Source: Halobacteriaceae archaeon (lineage in GTDB: Archaea; Halobacteriota; Halobacteria; Halobacteriales; Halobacteriaceae). Taken from it: a stretch of 32,000 nt of DNA. Of the stretch, positions 7,117 to 14,724 are shown piece by piece. The DNA lies in the NCBI GenBank assembly GCA_042216675.1, contig JBDGTS010000007.1, positions 14,009 through 46,008 of the forward strand, read 5' to 3'. Position 1 is the stretch's first letter. Every line of letters begins with the position of its first letter. The notes below the pieces were generated by a model. The model did no database searches and was not told the DNA's origin. It worked only from the letters and a program-made list of their open reading frames with translations. The position numbers and the translations under genes were made by a program.

Positions 7117-7772
7117 CAGACCACCGCCTCCCTGACCGCGATGGGGTCGAGCGTCGGTCCGGGTCGGGTTCCACATCGCGCCGCCCAGTACGGAATCGTG
7201 GTCTGCCAGCGCCCGTCGCACCAGTAGCCCCGGTCCGGTGGCTCCGCGTCGGGGAAGTCGAGGCCGAGGTCCGTGGCCCGGACCCGGAGGCTGTCGGCGG
7301 CGCGGTCGGCGACTGTCTCCGCGAGGGCGTCGTCGCCCGGCGCGTCGAGCAAGACGGCCGCGTCGACGGCCTCGCCGAGGGCCGCCAGCGTCGCCACCGT
7401 CGCCTCGAACAGTCGGTCGGCGTCCCGGTCGGGCACGTCGTCGTCGCGATACAGCGACGCGACGTTCGCGGCGACGACGAGGCCGGTCGACGAGTCGGCG
7501 CGGCGCACCGCGCGCGAGGCGAGGTCGGCGTGCTGGTACGCCGTGAACGCTCTCGCCACGCGCACGTCGGCGAGTTCGCGGGGCGTCGCCCGGTCGTACA
7601 GCGCGTGCGTCACGGCGACGTTGCGCGCGTCTATCCACAGCGTCGGTCCGTCCCGGCGCCGGTGTGCGGCGACGGCGACGCGGCGAAGCGCGTCCGGTCG
7701 GCCCGGGGGGCGCGCCAGTCGCGTCGCGCCGGCGTCGAGGCGCGGAACGGTGTCGTCTGCGTGCATACCCAT
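7116..7772 (-). CDS. RecA/RadB-superfamily-like protein lacking Walker A and Walker B consensus (putative pseudo-ATPase)
   Basis: 218 aa. LWIDARN resembles the RadA/RadB V-x-Y-I-D-T-E strand. GLVVAANVASLYRDDD resembles the Walker B strand LVVVDS...LYR but has no Asp. No GxxGxGK[ST] is present (GRPDALRR occupies that position). An alternative start is the ATG at 7766, preceded by GGAGG (7773-7777 on the minus strand). Confidence 0.6.
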   Translation of the reverse strand: MGMHADDTVPRLDAGATRLARPPGRPDALRRVAVAAHRRRDGPTLWIDARNVAVTHALYDRATPRELADVRVARAFTAYQHADLASRAVRRADSSTGLVVAANVASLYRDDDVPDRDADRLFEATVATLAALGEAVDAAVLLDAPGDDALAETVADRAADSLRVRATDLGLDFPDAEPPDRGYWCDGRWQTTIPYWAARCGTRPGPTLDPIAVREAVV

Positions 7773-7836
7773 CCTCCATTACGGCGCACGGCCGGCGCAC
7801 GGGTAAGCGCGAGCCAAACCCGGAGTGAAACTGAAA

Positions 7837-8184
7837 CTAAACGAGCGCCCACGCCAGCGCCACGCCACACGTGGCGGCGACGAACGTCCCCCCAGCGTAG
7901 GTGACGGCCCGGCGCCGGCGGCCGGCCTGCCACAGCGTCACCGCGTCGACGGAGAACGAGGAGTAGGTGGTGAACGAGCCACAGGCGCCGGTGCCGACCA
8001 ACAGCGACGGGTCGCCGCCGACGCCCGAGAACGCCAGCAGTCCGAGCGCGAAACTCCCGACGGCGTTCACCGCGACGGTGCCGTACGGCGTTGCGCCGCG
8101 GTTCAGCCGGCCAGCGACGGCGTGTCGGAGGACGGCCCCGAGTGCGCCCCCGGTTCCGACGAGGAGGGCGGGCGGGAGCGTCAC
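7837..8184 (-). CDS. crcB: fluoride ion channel CrcB/FluC (second of a tandem pair)
   Basis: GTG start at 8184 overlaps the upstream stop as GTGA. The 115-aa hydrophobic product has the CrcB hallmarks GTxxVNxxGSFxLG and GxCGxFTTxSxF (GACGSFTTYSSF). Confidence 0.85.
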   Translation of the reverse strand: MTLPPALLVGTGGALGAVLRHAVAGRLNRGATPYGTVAVNAVGSFALGLLAFSGVGGDPSLLVGTGACGSFTTYSSFSVDAVTLWQAGRRRRAVTYAGGTFVAATCGVALAWALV

Positions 8185-8555
8185 GCCCACGCACCTCCGA
8201 CGCGGCGCGCGACGGCTTGCCCGACGAGGACGCCGGCGAACCCGAGCGCGTACGTCGCGAGAAGGTTCGCGAGTGGCCACGCGCCGGGCGCCCGGAGCGT
8301 CTCCACGGCGAACGTGCTGTACGTCGTGAAGGAGGCGAGCAGGCCCGTGCCGAAGACGAGGCGGTGTCGGCCCGCGAGCAGGTCGGTCATCGCGTCGGCG
8401 AGCAGCCAGCCGAGCGCGAGGCTTCCCACGGCGTTCACGAGCAGGGTGCCGCCGAGGCCCGGCAGGGCGCCGTCCACGAGGTATCGCAGGTTCGCCCCGA
8501 CGAAGCCGCCGGCGGCCACGAGCGCGGCGGTTTCGGCGCGGCCGGCGTCGGTCAT
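8181..8555 (-). CDS. crcB: fluoride ion channel CrcB/FluC (first of a tandem pair)
   Basis: ATG at 8555 (MTDAGRAE...), 124 aa, with LLVNAVGSLALG and GLLASFTTYSTF motifs. A tandem pair is the usual arrangement for heterodimeric Fluc channels. Confidence 0.9.
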   Translation of the reverse strand: MTDAGRAETAALVAAGGFVGANLRYLVDGALPGLGGTLLVNAVGSLALGWLLADAMTDLLAGRHRLVFGTGLLASFTTYSTFAVETLRAPGAWPLANLLATYALGFAGVLVGQAVARRVGGAWA

Positions 8556-8634
8556 CGGTGTCGATTCGGCGGAGGGGCACCTGAAGCCTGCGGGATGGAA
8601 AAGGCTAACCGTCGCGTGGGTAAACTCCGCACAG

Positions 8635-9630
8635 ATGCACCGGATTGCCATCGTCGGCATGGGCGGGTTCGGTCACCACCTCGCCCGACAGGTCGTCGCC
8701 CACGAGGGCACGACGCTGGCCGCCGTCGTCGACCTCGACGAGGGGTCGCTCCGTGAGGCGGCCGAGGAGTACGACCTCGAGGAGGCACAGTTGTTCACGG
8801 ACGCGGAGGCGATGTACGACGCGACGACGCTCGACGCCGTCCTCGTCGCGACGCCGCCCGCATTCCACTTCGAGCAAGTCACCGACGCCCTCGACCGGGG
8901 CCACCACGTCCTCTGTGAGAAGCCGGTCGTGATGGACACCGAGGAGGCCCGTGCGCTCCTCGACCGGGCCGAGTCGACGGACCGCGTCGTGATGACGGGC
9001 TACCAGCGCCACCTCAACCCCGGCTTCGTCCACGCCCGGGAGCGCTGGCGCGACGCCGACCTCGAACCGACGTTCGTCACGGGCGAACTCACGCAGGACT
9101 GGACCGACCACTTCGAGTCGGGCGAGAACTGGCGCACGAACCCCGAAATCGGCGGCTACGGTCACCTGTTCAGCGTCGGCACCCACGTCGTCGAGTCCAT
9201 CCTCTGGCTCACCGGCCTCACGCCCGACACGGTGACCGCCCAGATGGAGTTCCACGACGACGGCCGCATCGACAAGCAGTCGTCGCTCACGGTGCGCTTC
9301 GAGAACGGCGCCACCGCGAGCATCGGTGACACCGCCACGGCGCCCGCCACGCGCGAACACATCCACGTCTGGGACGACGAGGGTGCCGTCTATCTGGCGG
9401 GCGAGGACTGGGGCCGCCGCGAACTCACCGTCTACGACGCCGACAACAACGACGTGACGCCGGCCGTGAACTACGACGAGGCGCCGACGAAAGTCGAGGC
9501 GTTCGTCGACGCCATCGAGTCCGGCACCGAACCGCCCTCCACGGCGGCGGACGCCCTGCGCGTGACGGCGTTGCTGGAGGCGGCCTACGAGTCGGCGAAT
9601 AAAAATCGGGAAGTCGACGTCGACCTCTGA
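8635..9630 (+). CDS. Gfo/Idh/MocA-family NAD(P)-dependent oxidoreductase
   Basis: The ATG at 8635 is internal to track ORF 7825-9630; the upstream part of that ORF is antisense to the crcB genes. The product begins MHRIAIVGMGGFGHH (Rossmann GxGxxG) and contains the CEKP motif. 331 aa. Confidence 0.9.
   Translation: MHRIAIVGMGGFGHHLARQVVAHEGTTLAAVVDLDEGSLREAAEEYDLEEAQLFTDAEAMYDATTLDAVLVATPPAFHFEQVTDALDRGHHVLCEKPVVMDTEEARALLDRAESTDRVVMTGYQRHLNPGFVHARERWRDADLEPTFVTGELTQDWTDHFESGENWRTNPEIGGYGHLFSVGTHVVESILWLTGLTPDTVTAQMEFHDDGRIDKQSSLTVRFENGATASIGDTATAPATREHIHVWDDEGAVYLAGEDWGRRELTVYDADNNDVTPAVNYDEAPTKVEAFVDAIESGTEPPSTAADALRVTALLEAAYESANKNREVDVDL
9598..9606 (-). terminator. oligo-T tract (ATTTTTATT on the minus strand), possible terminator of the beta-helix gene, embedded in the convergent oxidoreductase CDS
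   Basis: AATAAAAAT on the plus strand encodes the unusual AT-rich codons AAT AAA AAT (N-K-N). It lies about 30 nt downstream of the minus-strand stop at 9637. Archaeal terminators are typically oligo-T runs. Confidence 0.3.
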
Positions 9631-9636
9631 GCCGCG

Positions 9637-11898
9637 TTACTTGATGCGGACGTCGTCGAGGACGCCCGTCTTGCGGGCGCCGATGCCGCCCTCGGAGAAC
9701 GCGGTGTCGGTGGTGTTGACCGTCGCGAGCGAGTCGCCCTCGGGACCCAACACCTCGACGTCGATGGTGCCGTCCGTGCCCCAGTCCACGACGATGCTGT
9801 AGAGCGTGTTTGCGGACGTGCTGATGACGGACTCCGCGAGTTGGCTGTAGGAGCCGCCCTCGCGCTTGTACAGTTGGAGGCGGTTCGTGTCGTAGATGCG
9901 CGCGAAGTAGAAGTTGTCAGCGTCCTGCACGCCGAACGCGATTCCGGCGTTCACCTCCGTCTCGGTGCGCGCCACGCGGGCGAAGAACTCGTCGCCGGCG
10001 GACGGGTAGCGCGGGAGGCCGCTCGTCGAGTAGAAGATGGCTGTGCCCTCCGCCGTCTTCTTCAGGCTGTAGTCGCCGTCGGCCACCGGGTCGTCCGTGT
10101 TGACGGTGTACGCGTCCGTCGCGCCCTCGTACTCCGAGAGGTCGCCGTCCTCGAAACTGTCCACGAGGTCGCCGGTGAGGTCCGCGGCGCCGCCGCTCCC
10201 GCCGCTACTGCTCGGGACGAACCCCTTCGCTTGCTGTTGGTCGACGATGTACGTCACGTCGAGGTCGGAACCGGGGTCGGCGGTCCACTCGAAGACGAGG
10301 TCCCACGCGCTCCCGGTCCACTCGAAGCGGGTGTCGAAGCCGAAGGCCGCGCCGGGGTTGCTCGCGGCCCGGGCGCGGACGGCAAGCGACGCGCCGACGG
10401 CGTCGGAGACGTCCGTGACGCGCGCCGCGGGCGAGGACCCGGACGTGAGCGTCACGTTACCGGCGTCGACGCCGCCGCCCACGTTGTCCTTGACGGTGGT
10501 GTCCGGCGCGAACACTTCCATCGCCGCTCGCGTGCCGGACCCGCGCACGTCGTTGCCGACGATGCGACTGGTCGTCGTGTCGGGGCCCGTCTCCCGGATG
10601 CCGAAGGGCATCTTCGGTTCGTCCCTGTCGTCGACGACGCGGAGGTCCGTGATGGAGACGCCCGAGGTGGCCGCGAAGTTCCGCGGGTCCTCGGGGATGC
10701 CGCCGGCGTCTCGCGAGTCGATGCGGACGCCCTCGGCGTTGGAGTTCTTGATGACGCCGCCCTGCACGGAGAAGTTCTGGCAGTCCTGCACGAGGACGCC
10801 GTGCGAGGACATGCCGACGAGGTTGACCGAATTGATGGTGACGTCCTCACACCCGGAGACGCCGAAGACGCCCCGGCCGCCGTCGCGGCCGACGACCTGT
10901 CCACAGGTCACGTCGGCGCACTCGTTGGCGACCCGGAACGTCGCGTAGCCACCGCCCGGATTTACCTCGCGGCCGACGACTTGGCCGATGGTGGCGTCCG
11001 TGGTGTTGTTCAGCAGGACGCCGGACCCCGGCGTCTTGTTGGCGATGACCTGTCCGACCTGCAGGCGGTCCACGCCGTACGTCTCGAAGGCCTGCCAGCC
11101 GGCCTCCTCGATGTACGCGGTGTCCACCTGCACGTCCTTGCACCGCCGTTCGGAGTCGCCAAAGGAGTCGATGCGGACGGCCAGACCGCCGCGAGGCGTC
11201 TGTTCGGCGTCCATCTCGATGTTGACCGCGCCCAGACGGGCCTCCCGCACGCCCTGTAGCCAGACGGCGTAGCGGGGGTTGCCCTTGATGTTGAGGTTCG
11301 GGAACTCGACGTTGTCGGCGTCGTTCGCGTACACCGCGCGGATGAGCGGTTCGTTCGAGTCCTTGATGTGGATGGGGGCCGGCACGTCGAGAATCGTGTT
11401 GCTCGGCACGCGAATCTCCTTGAAGCCGTCCCACGGGCCGTCGCCCCACGAGTGCGGGCCGACTTCGGCGGGCGAGACGATGGCCACTTTCTCCTTGTGG
11501 TCACGGCCGTCGGTGAGGCTCTCGATGGCCGCCGTGGCCGCCAGCATCACGTCGTCGGTGCTGGTGACGTGGCCGTCGCGGCCGTCCGCGTGCCAGCCGC
11601 CATCGTCGTCTTTCCACACCACCACGTCGGCGTCGCGTGCCGACGCGTACACGTGGTCCACGTCGATGGAGTGGAGATTGTCGAGGTCGTGGTCCTGTGC
11701 GTTCACGTCCTGATTCCACTTCCGCGTCCGTCGCCCTGTTTCGTTCCCCGGCGCGTCGCCGTGGGACGCCGCCGCGTTCCCCGTCGCCGCCGCGACGCCG
11801 CCAGCTCCCATCAGTGCGAGTGCCGACCGGCGTGTGAACGTCAAGTCGTCGCCGGCCCCGCTCGCGTCACCGCTGTCACTGTCGCTATCACGAAGCAT
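9637..11898 (-). CDS. Tat-secreted right-handed parallel beta-helix protein with a C-terminal concanavalin/LamG-like domain (candidate extracellular polysaccharide lyase or hydrolase)
   Basis: 753 aa. A twin-arginine signal TFTRRSALALMGAGGVAAATG is present. The middle region has repetitive G/N/V-rich beta-helix-type repeats (GVLLNNTTDATIG, VTINSVNLVG, GGVIKNSNAEGVRI). A Gly/Ser linker precedes a roughly 190-aa beta-sandwich-like C-terminus. Confidence 0.8.
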   Translation of the reverse strand: MLRDSDSDSGDASGAGDDLTFTRRSALALMGAGGVAAATGNAAASHGDAPGNETGRRTRKWNQDVNAQDHDLDNLHSIDVDHVYASARDADVVVWKDDDGGWHADGRDGHVTSTDDVMLAATAAIESLTDGRDHKEKVAIVSPAEVGPHSWGDGPWDGFKEIRVPSNTILDVPAPIHIKDSNEPLIRAVYANDADNVEFPNLNIKGNPRYAVWLQGVREARLGAVNIEMDAEQTPRGGLAVRIDSFGDSERRCKDVQVDTAYIEEAGWQAFETYGVDRLQVGQVIANKTPGSGVLLNNTTDATIGQVVGREVNPGGGYATFRVANECADVTCGQVVGRDGGRGVFGVSGCEDVTINSVNLVGMSSHGVLVQDCQNFSVQGGVIKNSNAEGVRIDSRDAGGIPEDPRNFAATSGVSITDLRVVDDRDEPKMPFGIRETGPDTTTSRIVGNDVRGSGTRAAMEVFAPDTTVKDNVGGGVDAGNVTLTSGSSPAARVTDVSDAVGASLAVRARAASNPGAAFGFDTRFEWTGSAWDLVFEWTADPGSDLDVTYIVDQQQAKGFVPSSSGGSGGAADLTGDLVDSFEDGDLSEYEGATDAYTVNTDDPVADGDYSLKKTAEGTAIFYSTSGLPRYPSAGDEFFARVARTETEVNAGIAFGVQDADNFYFARIYDTNRLQLYKREGGSYSQLAESVISTSANTLYSIVVDWGTDGTIDVEVLGPEGDSLATVNTTDTAFSEGGIGARKTGVLDDVRIK

Positions 11899-11975
11899 GC
11901 CTATCTTTATCTATGATTCGAGTTATTAAAAGTTATTTTAGAAATATATAGTTTTGTTCGAGGCCACGCGGCCGC
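11899..11975 (-). promoter_or_regulatory. strongly AT-rich promoter region of the beta-helix gene
   Basis: About a quarter G+C by hand count. On the minus strand, TTTTAATAA and CTATATATTT TATA-like boxes lie about 25-50 nt upstream of the ATG at 11898. AGTTATT occurs twice as a direct repeat (11921-11927 and 11931-11937). Confidence 0.5.
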
Positions 11976-12050
11976 TCAGCGGATGCGCACGTCGTCGAGC
12001 ATCCCGGTCCGGCGCGTGCCGAACCCGCCGAAGCGGTGGGTCGTGTGGCA
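11976..12050 (-). pseudogene. remnant of the 3' end of a paralogue of the beta-helix/LamG gene
   Basis: The minus-strand translation ...HTTHRFGGFGTRRTGMLDDVRIR* aligns with the C-terminus of 9637-11898 (...NTTDTAFSEGGIGARKTGVLDDVRIK*). The DNA identity is visible directly (GATGCG-ACGTCGTCGAG). The frame is closed by an in-frame stop about 52 codons upstream and has no start codon. Confidence 0.45.
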
Positions 12051-12134
12051 GCGCCGGGCCCGGTCGCTCCGCCGCGAGGCCCATCGGCGTGGCAGAATTG
12101 CTGCGGGCGCGGAGAACGGCCGGGAAACGCCGGC

Positions 12135-13067
12135 TTATAGCGCGTCGAGGTCCTGCAGAATCTCGCGGAGTTCGTCCTTCTCCTCGGGCGGGAGGGTCTG
12201 TCCCGGCGGGCGGACGGTGTCGTGTTCGAAGACGCCCTGCATCTTCAGGGCGGCCTTCGTTCGGTTGCGATTGCGGCCGATGGGCTCCTTGAACAGGAAG
12301 TTCGTCAGGTCGGCCATCTCCGCGCGGAGTTCGCGACCGCGTTCGAGGTCGCCCTCTCGGACGGCGCGGAGTTTCTCGACGTGCATCTCGGGGATGAGGT
12401 TGGCGTAGGCGATGAGGCCCGTCTCGGCACCGAAGACGTAGGAGTGGTACAGGAACAGGTCCTCGCCGGTCATCAGCGTGAACTGGTCGCGGTACGGCTT
12501 GGTGGCGCGCACCGTCTCCTCGTAGCGCACCGGGTCGAAGGTGGCGTTCTTGAGGGCGACGACGAAGTCCTCCTGCACGAGTTCGGCGTAGGCGCTGACC
12601 GGGAGCGAGAAGTCGCCGAAGTTGCCGAACTGGAACGCGATGAGGGGGATGTCGACGGCCTCACCGATGCCCCGGTAGTGGTCGAGCAGAATCTGCGGGT
12701 CGCCGTGGCTGTACAGGTCGATGGGGACCGGCATCAGGGCGTCGGCGCCGGCCGCCTCCGCTCGCTTCGCCTCCTCGATGGCCTGCGGGGTACTCTCCCC
12801 GGCGATGCCCGAGAAGACCATCGCGTCCTCGGAGGCCTCGTCGTGAATCTCGATGACTCGCTCCTTGTCCTCGGGGGGCGACATCTGGCACTCGCCGGAG
12901 TGGGCGTTAGCGATGGTGGCGACGATGCCGTCCGTCTCGCTGAGCGACTGGACGTGGTCGTGCAGGTCGTCCTCCGCGACTTCGAGGTCCGGTGTCAGCG
13001 GCGTCACCGTGGCGGGGATGATGCCGCCCTTGATGGCGTCTTTGACCGCCTCGTATTCGGGCTTCAT
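12135..13067 (-). CDS. DapA/DHDPS-NAL superfamily class I aldolase or dehydratase (for example KD(P)G aldolase or keto-deoxy sugar-acid dehydratase)
   Basis: The ATG at 13067 is internal to track ORF 12135-13229. 310 aa. SGE resembles the GTTGE motif and VVALKNAT resembles the Schiff-base lysine motif. The overall pattern is a TIM barrel. Confidence 0.8.
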   Translation of the reverse strand: MKPEYEAVKDAIKGGIIPATVTPLTPDLEVAEDDLHDHVQSLSETDGIVATIANAHSGECQMSPPEDKERVIEIHDEASEDAMVFSGIAGESTPQAIEEAKRAEAAGADALMPVPIDLYSHGDPQILLDHYRGIGEAVDIPLIAFQFGNFGDFSLPVSAYAELVQEDFVVALKNATFDPVRYEETVRATKPYRDQFTLMTGEDLFLYHSYVFGAETGLIAYANLIPEMHVEKLRAVREGDLERGRELRAEMADLTNFLFKEPIGRNRNRTKAALKMQGVFEHDTVRPPGQTLPPEEKDELREILQDLDAL

Positions 13068-13191
13068 GTACACAGAAAGGCGGTGCGGCGGACCATATAC
13101 CAGTTTCGCCTTTGTCGGTGGCCGCGCGCAACGGCGCCGTCCGGCGGACGAAACCCTATCCTTTTTGACGCCATCCGCCGGAGTCGGTTCC

Positions 13192-14679
13192 ATGACAGAC
13201 CGAATCAGGGTCGACCCCGAAGCGGACATCGACGAAATTAGCCCCCACGTCTTCGGGCACTTCGCGGAGCATCTCGGCCGCTGTATCTACGGCGGCATCT
13301 GGGACGGCGACGAGGACGCCGCCATCGAGGAGGGCATCCGCGACGACACGCTCTCGCTCCTGCAGGGCCTCGACATGCCGAACCTCCGCTGGCCCGGCGG
13401 CTGTTTCGCCGACGACTACCACTGGGAGGACGGCGTCGGCCCGCGCGAGGAGCGACCCCGACGCCGCAACGTCCACTGGGTGCAGGGCCGCGACGAGGAG
13501 TGGGAGGAGTCCAACCAGTTCGGCACCGACGAGTTCCTCCGACTCTGTGAACTGCTCGACACCACCCCGTACCTCGCCGCCAACGTCGGCTCCGGCGACC
13601 CCGGCGAGGCGATGGACTGGGTGGAGTACTGCAACTACGACGGCGACACGGAACTGGTCGACCGCCGCGCCGAGAACGGCCACGAGGAGCCCTACGACGT
13701 GCCCTACTGGGGCGTCGGCAACGAGAACTGGGGCTGTGGCGGCGACTACGAACCCGCGGACTACGCCCGCGAGTTCCGCCGCTACGCCACTTACCTCAAC
13801 GCCTTCGGCGGCAACATGAACCCCGGCGAGAAACTGGACCTCATCGCCTGTGGCCACATCGCCGGCGACTGGAATCAGGAGTTCATGAAGAACATGGCCG
13901 AGGCGGGCGGCCAGAACGCGATGGACCACCTCTCGGTCCACCGGTACTACAACGCCGGGGACGCGACGGACTTCGACGAGGACGACTACTACACACTGCT
14001 CGCTCGGTCACTGGCCCTCGCCGACGACATCGACCAGACGGCGGACACCATCAACACGTACGCGCCCGCCGCCGACATCGGCGTCGTCGTCGACGAGTGG
14101 GGCGTCTGGCACCCCGAGGCGAAAAACGACAACGGCCTCGAACAGTCCCAGACGGTCCGCGACGCCGTCTCCGCCGCGGGCGTCCTCGACATCTTCGCCA
14201 ACCGCGCCGACGTGGTGTCGATGGCGAACATCGCCCAGACGGTCAACGTCCTCCAGTGTCTCGTCTACACGGACGAGGACGACGCGTGGCCCACCCAGAC
14301 GTATCAGGTGTTCGACCTCTACGAACCGCACATGGGCGCGACGGCCGTCCGCTCCTACGTCGAGACGGACGAGCGTGAGGTCGAGAACGAACGCGACGTG
14401 CCCCTCGTCTCGGCGTCTGCCTCCCGCACCGACGACGGCGTGTTCGTGACGCTCTCGAACCGTGACCTCGACGACCGCGAGGTGACCATCGACATCGGTC
14501 TCGACGACCCCACGGTGGCCGAGGCCGAGGTGCTGTTCGACGACGCCGACGCCGACGCGGAGGTCACGAAGGACAACGCCGACGAGTTCGCGGCCGACAG
14601 CCTCGACGTGGACGTCGACGCTGGGGAAGTCGCCTTCGACGCGCCCGGCAGTTCCGTCGTCGCGATTCGCGTGGAGTAG
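13192..14679 (+). CDS. abfA: alpha-L-arabinofuranosidase, glycoside hydrolase family 51
   Basis: The ATG at 13192 is internal to track ORF 12853-14679. 495 aa. Contains LRWPGGCFADDYHW, VGNENWGCGG (acid/base Glu) and VDEWGVW (nucleophile Glu). No signal peptide. Confidence 0.9.
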   Translation: MTDRIRVDPEADIDEISPHVFGHFAEHLGRCIYGGIWDGDEDAAIEEGIRDDTLSLLQGLDMPNLRWPGGCFADDYHWEDGVGPREERPRRRNVHWVQGRDEEWEESNQFGTDEFLRLCELLDTTPYLAANVGSGDPGEAMDWVEYCNYDGDTELVDRRAENGHEEPYDVPYWGVGNENWGCGGDYEPADYAREFRRYATYLNAFGGNMNPGEKLDLIACGHIAGDWNQEFMKNMAEAGGQNAMDHLSVHRYYNAGDATDFDEDDYYTLLARSLALADDIDQTADTINTYAPAADIGVVVDEWGVWHPEAKNDNGLEQSQTVRDAVSAAGVLDIFANRADVVSMANIAQTVNVLQCLVYTDEDDAWPTQTYQVFDLYEPHMGATAVRSYVETDEREVENERDVPLVSASASRTDDGVFVTLSNRDLDDREVTIDIGLDDPTVAEAEVLFDDADADAEVTKDNADEFAADSLDVDVDAGEVAFDAPGSSVVAIRVE

Positions 14680-14724
14680 GCGGAACCGATAAACCCTTCA
14701 CCCGTCCCGGGGAATCGCCGCCAC

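Noticed and set aside
4785-7772. PolB gene as the core of a casposon, pipolin or other self-synthesising mobile element or provirus.
   Set aside because: No Cas1, integrase, terminal protein or terminal inverted repeats are visible around it. The TPR1/TPR2-type features of protein-primed PolBs are not evident, and GC content and codon usage match the surroundings. The tRNA-like fragment at 1-74 is 4.7 kb away with ordinary genes in between.
7825-7845. Short direct repeat GAAACT-GAAACT-AAAC between the crcB stop and the RecA-like gene start.
   Set aside because: Only two 6-nt units are present, and they overlap the crcB stop codon. This is too short to call a repeat element or CRISPR. It is most simply the T-rich (minus-strand) 3' end or promoter spacer.
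8584-8634. Fluoride-riboswitch-like fold next to the crcB genes. It has GGGAUGG in a loop closed by AGCC/GGCU, an AACC linker, a small hairpin, and a 3' tail CCGCA able to pair with the loop UGCGG.
   Set aside because: It is on the plus strand, so it would lie in the leader of the Gfo/Idh/MocA gene (ATG 8635) and not of the minus-strand crcB genes. The P1/GAUGG arrangement and the conserved 3' GCUGAUGA-type segment of the crcB motif, as I recall them, are not matched. A cmsearch with Rfam RF01734 would settle it; a significant plus-strand hit would overturn this rejection.
13076-13113. 7-bp inverted repeat AAAGGCG...CGCCTTT in the DapA-family/GH51 divergent promoter.
   Set aside because: It is short, has a 24-nt spacer, and I found no related copy in the other promoters of the locus. 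A 7-mer of this kind is expected by chance.
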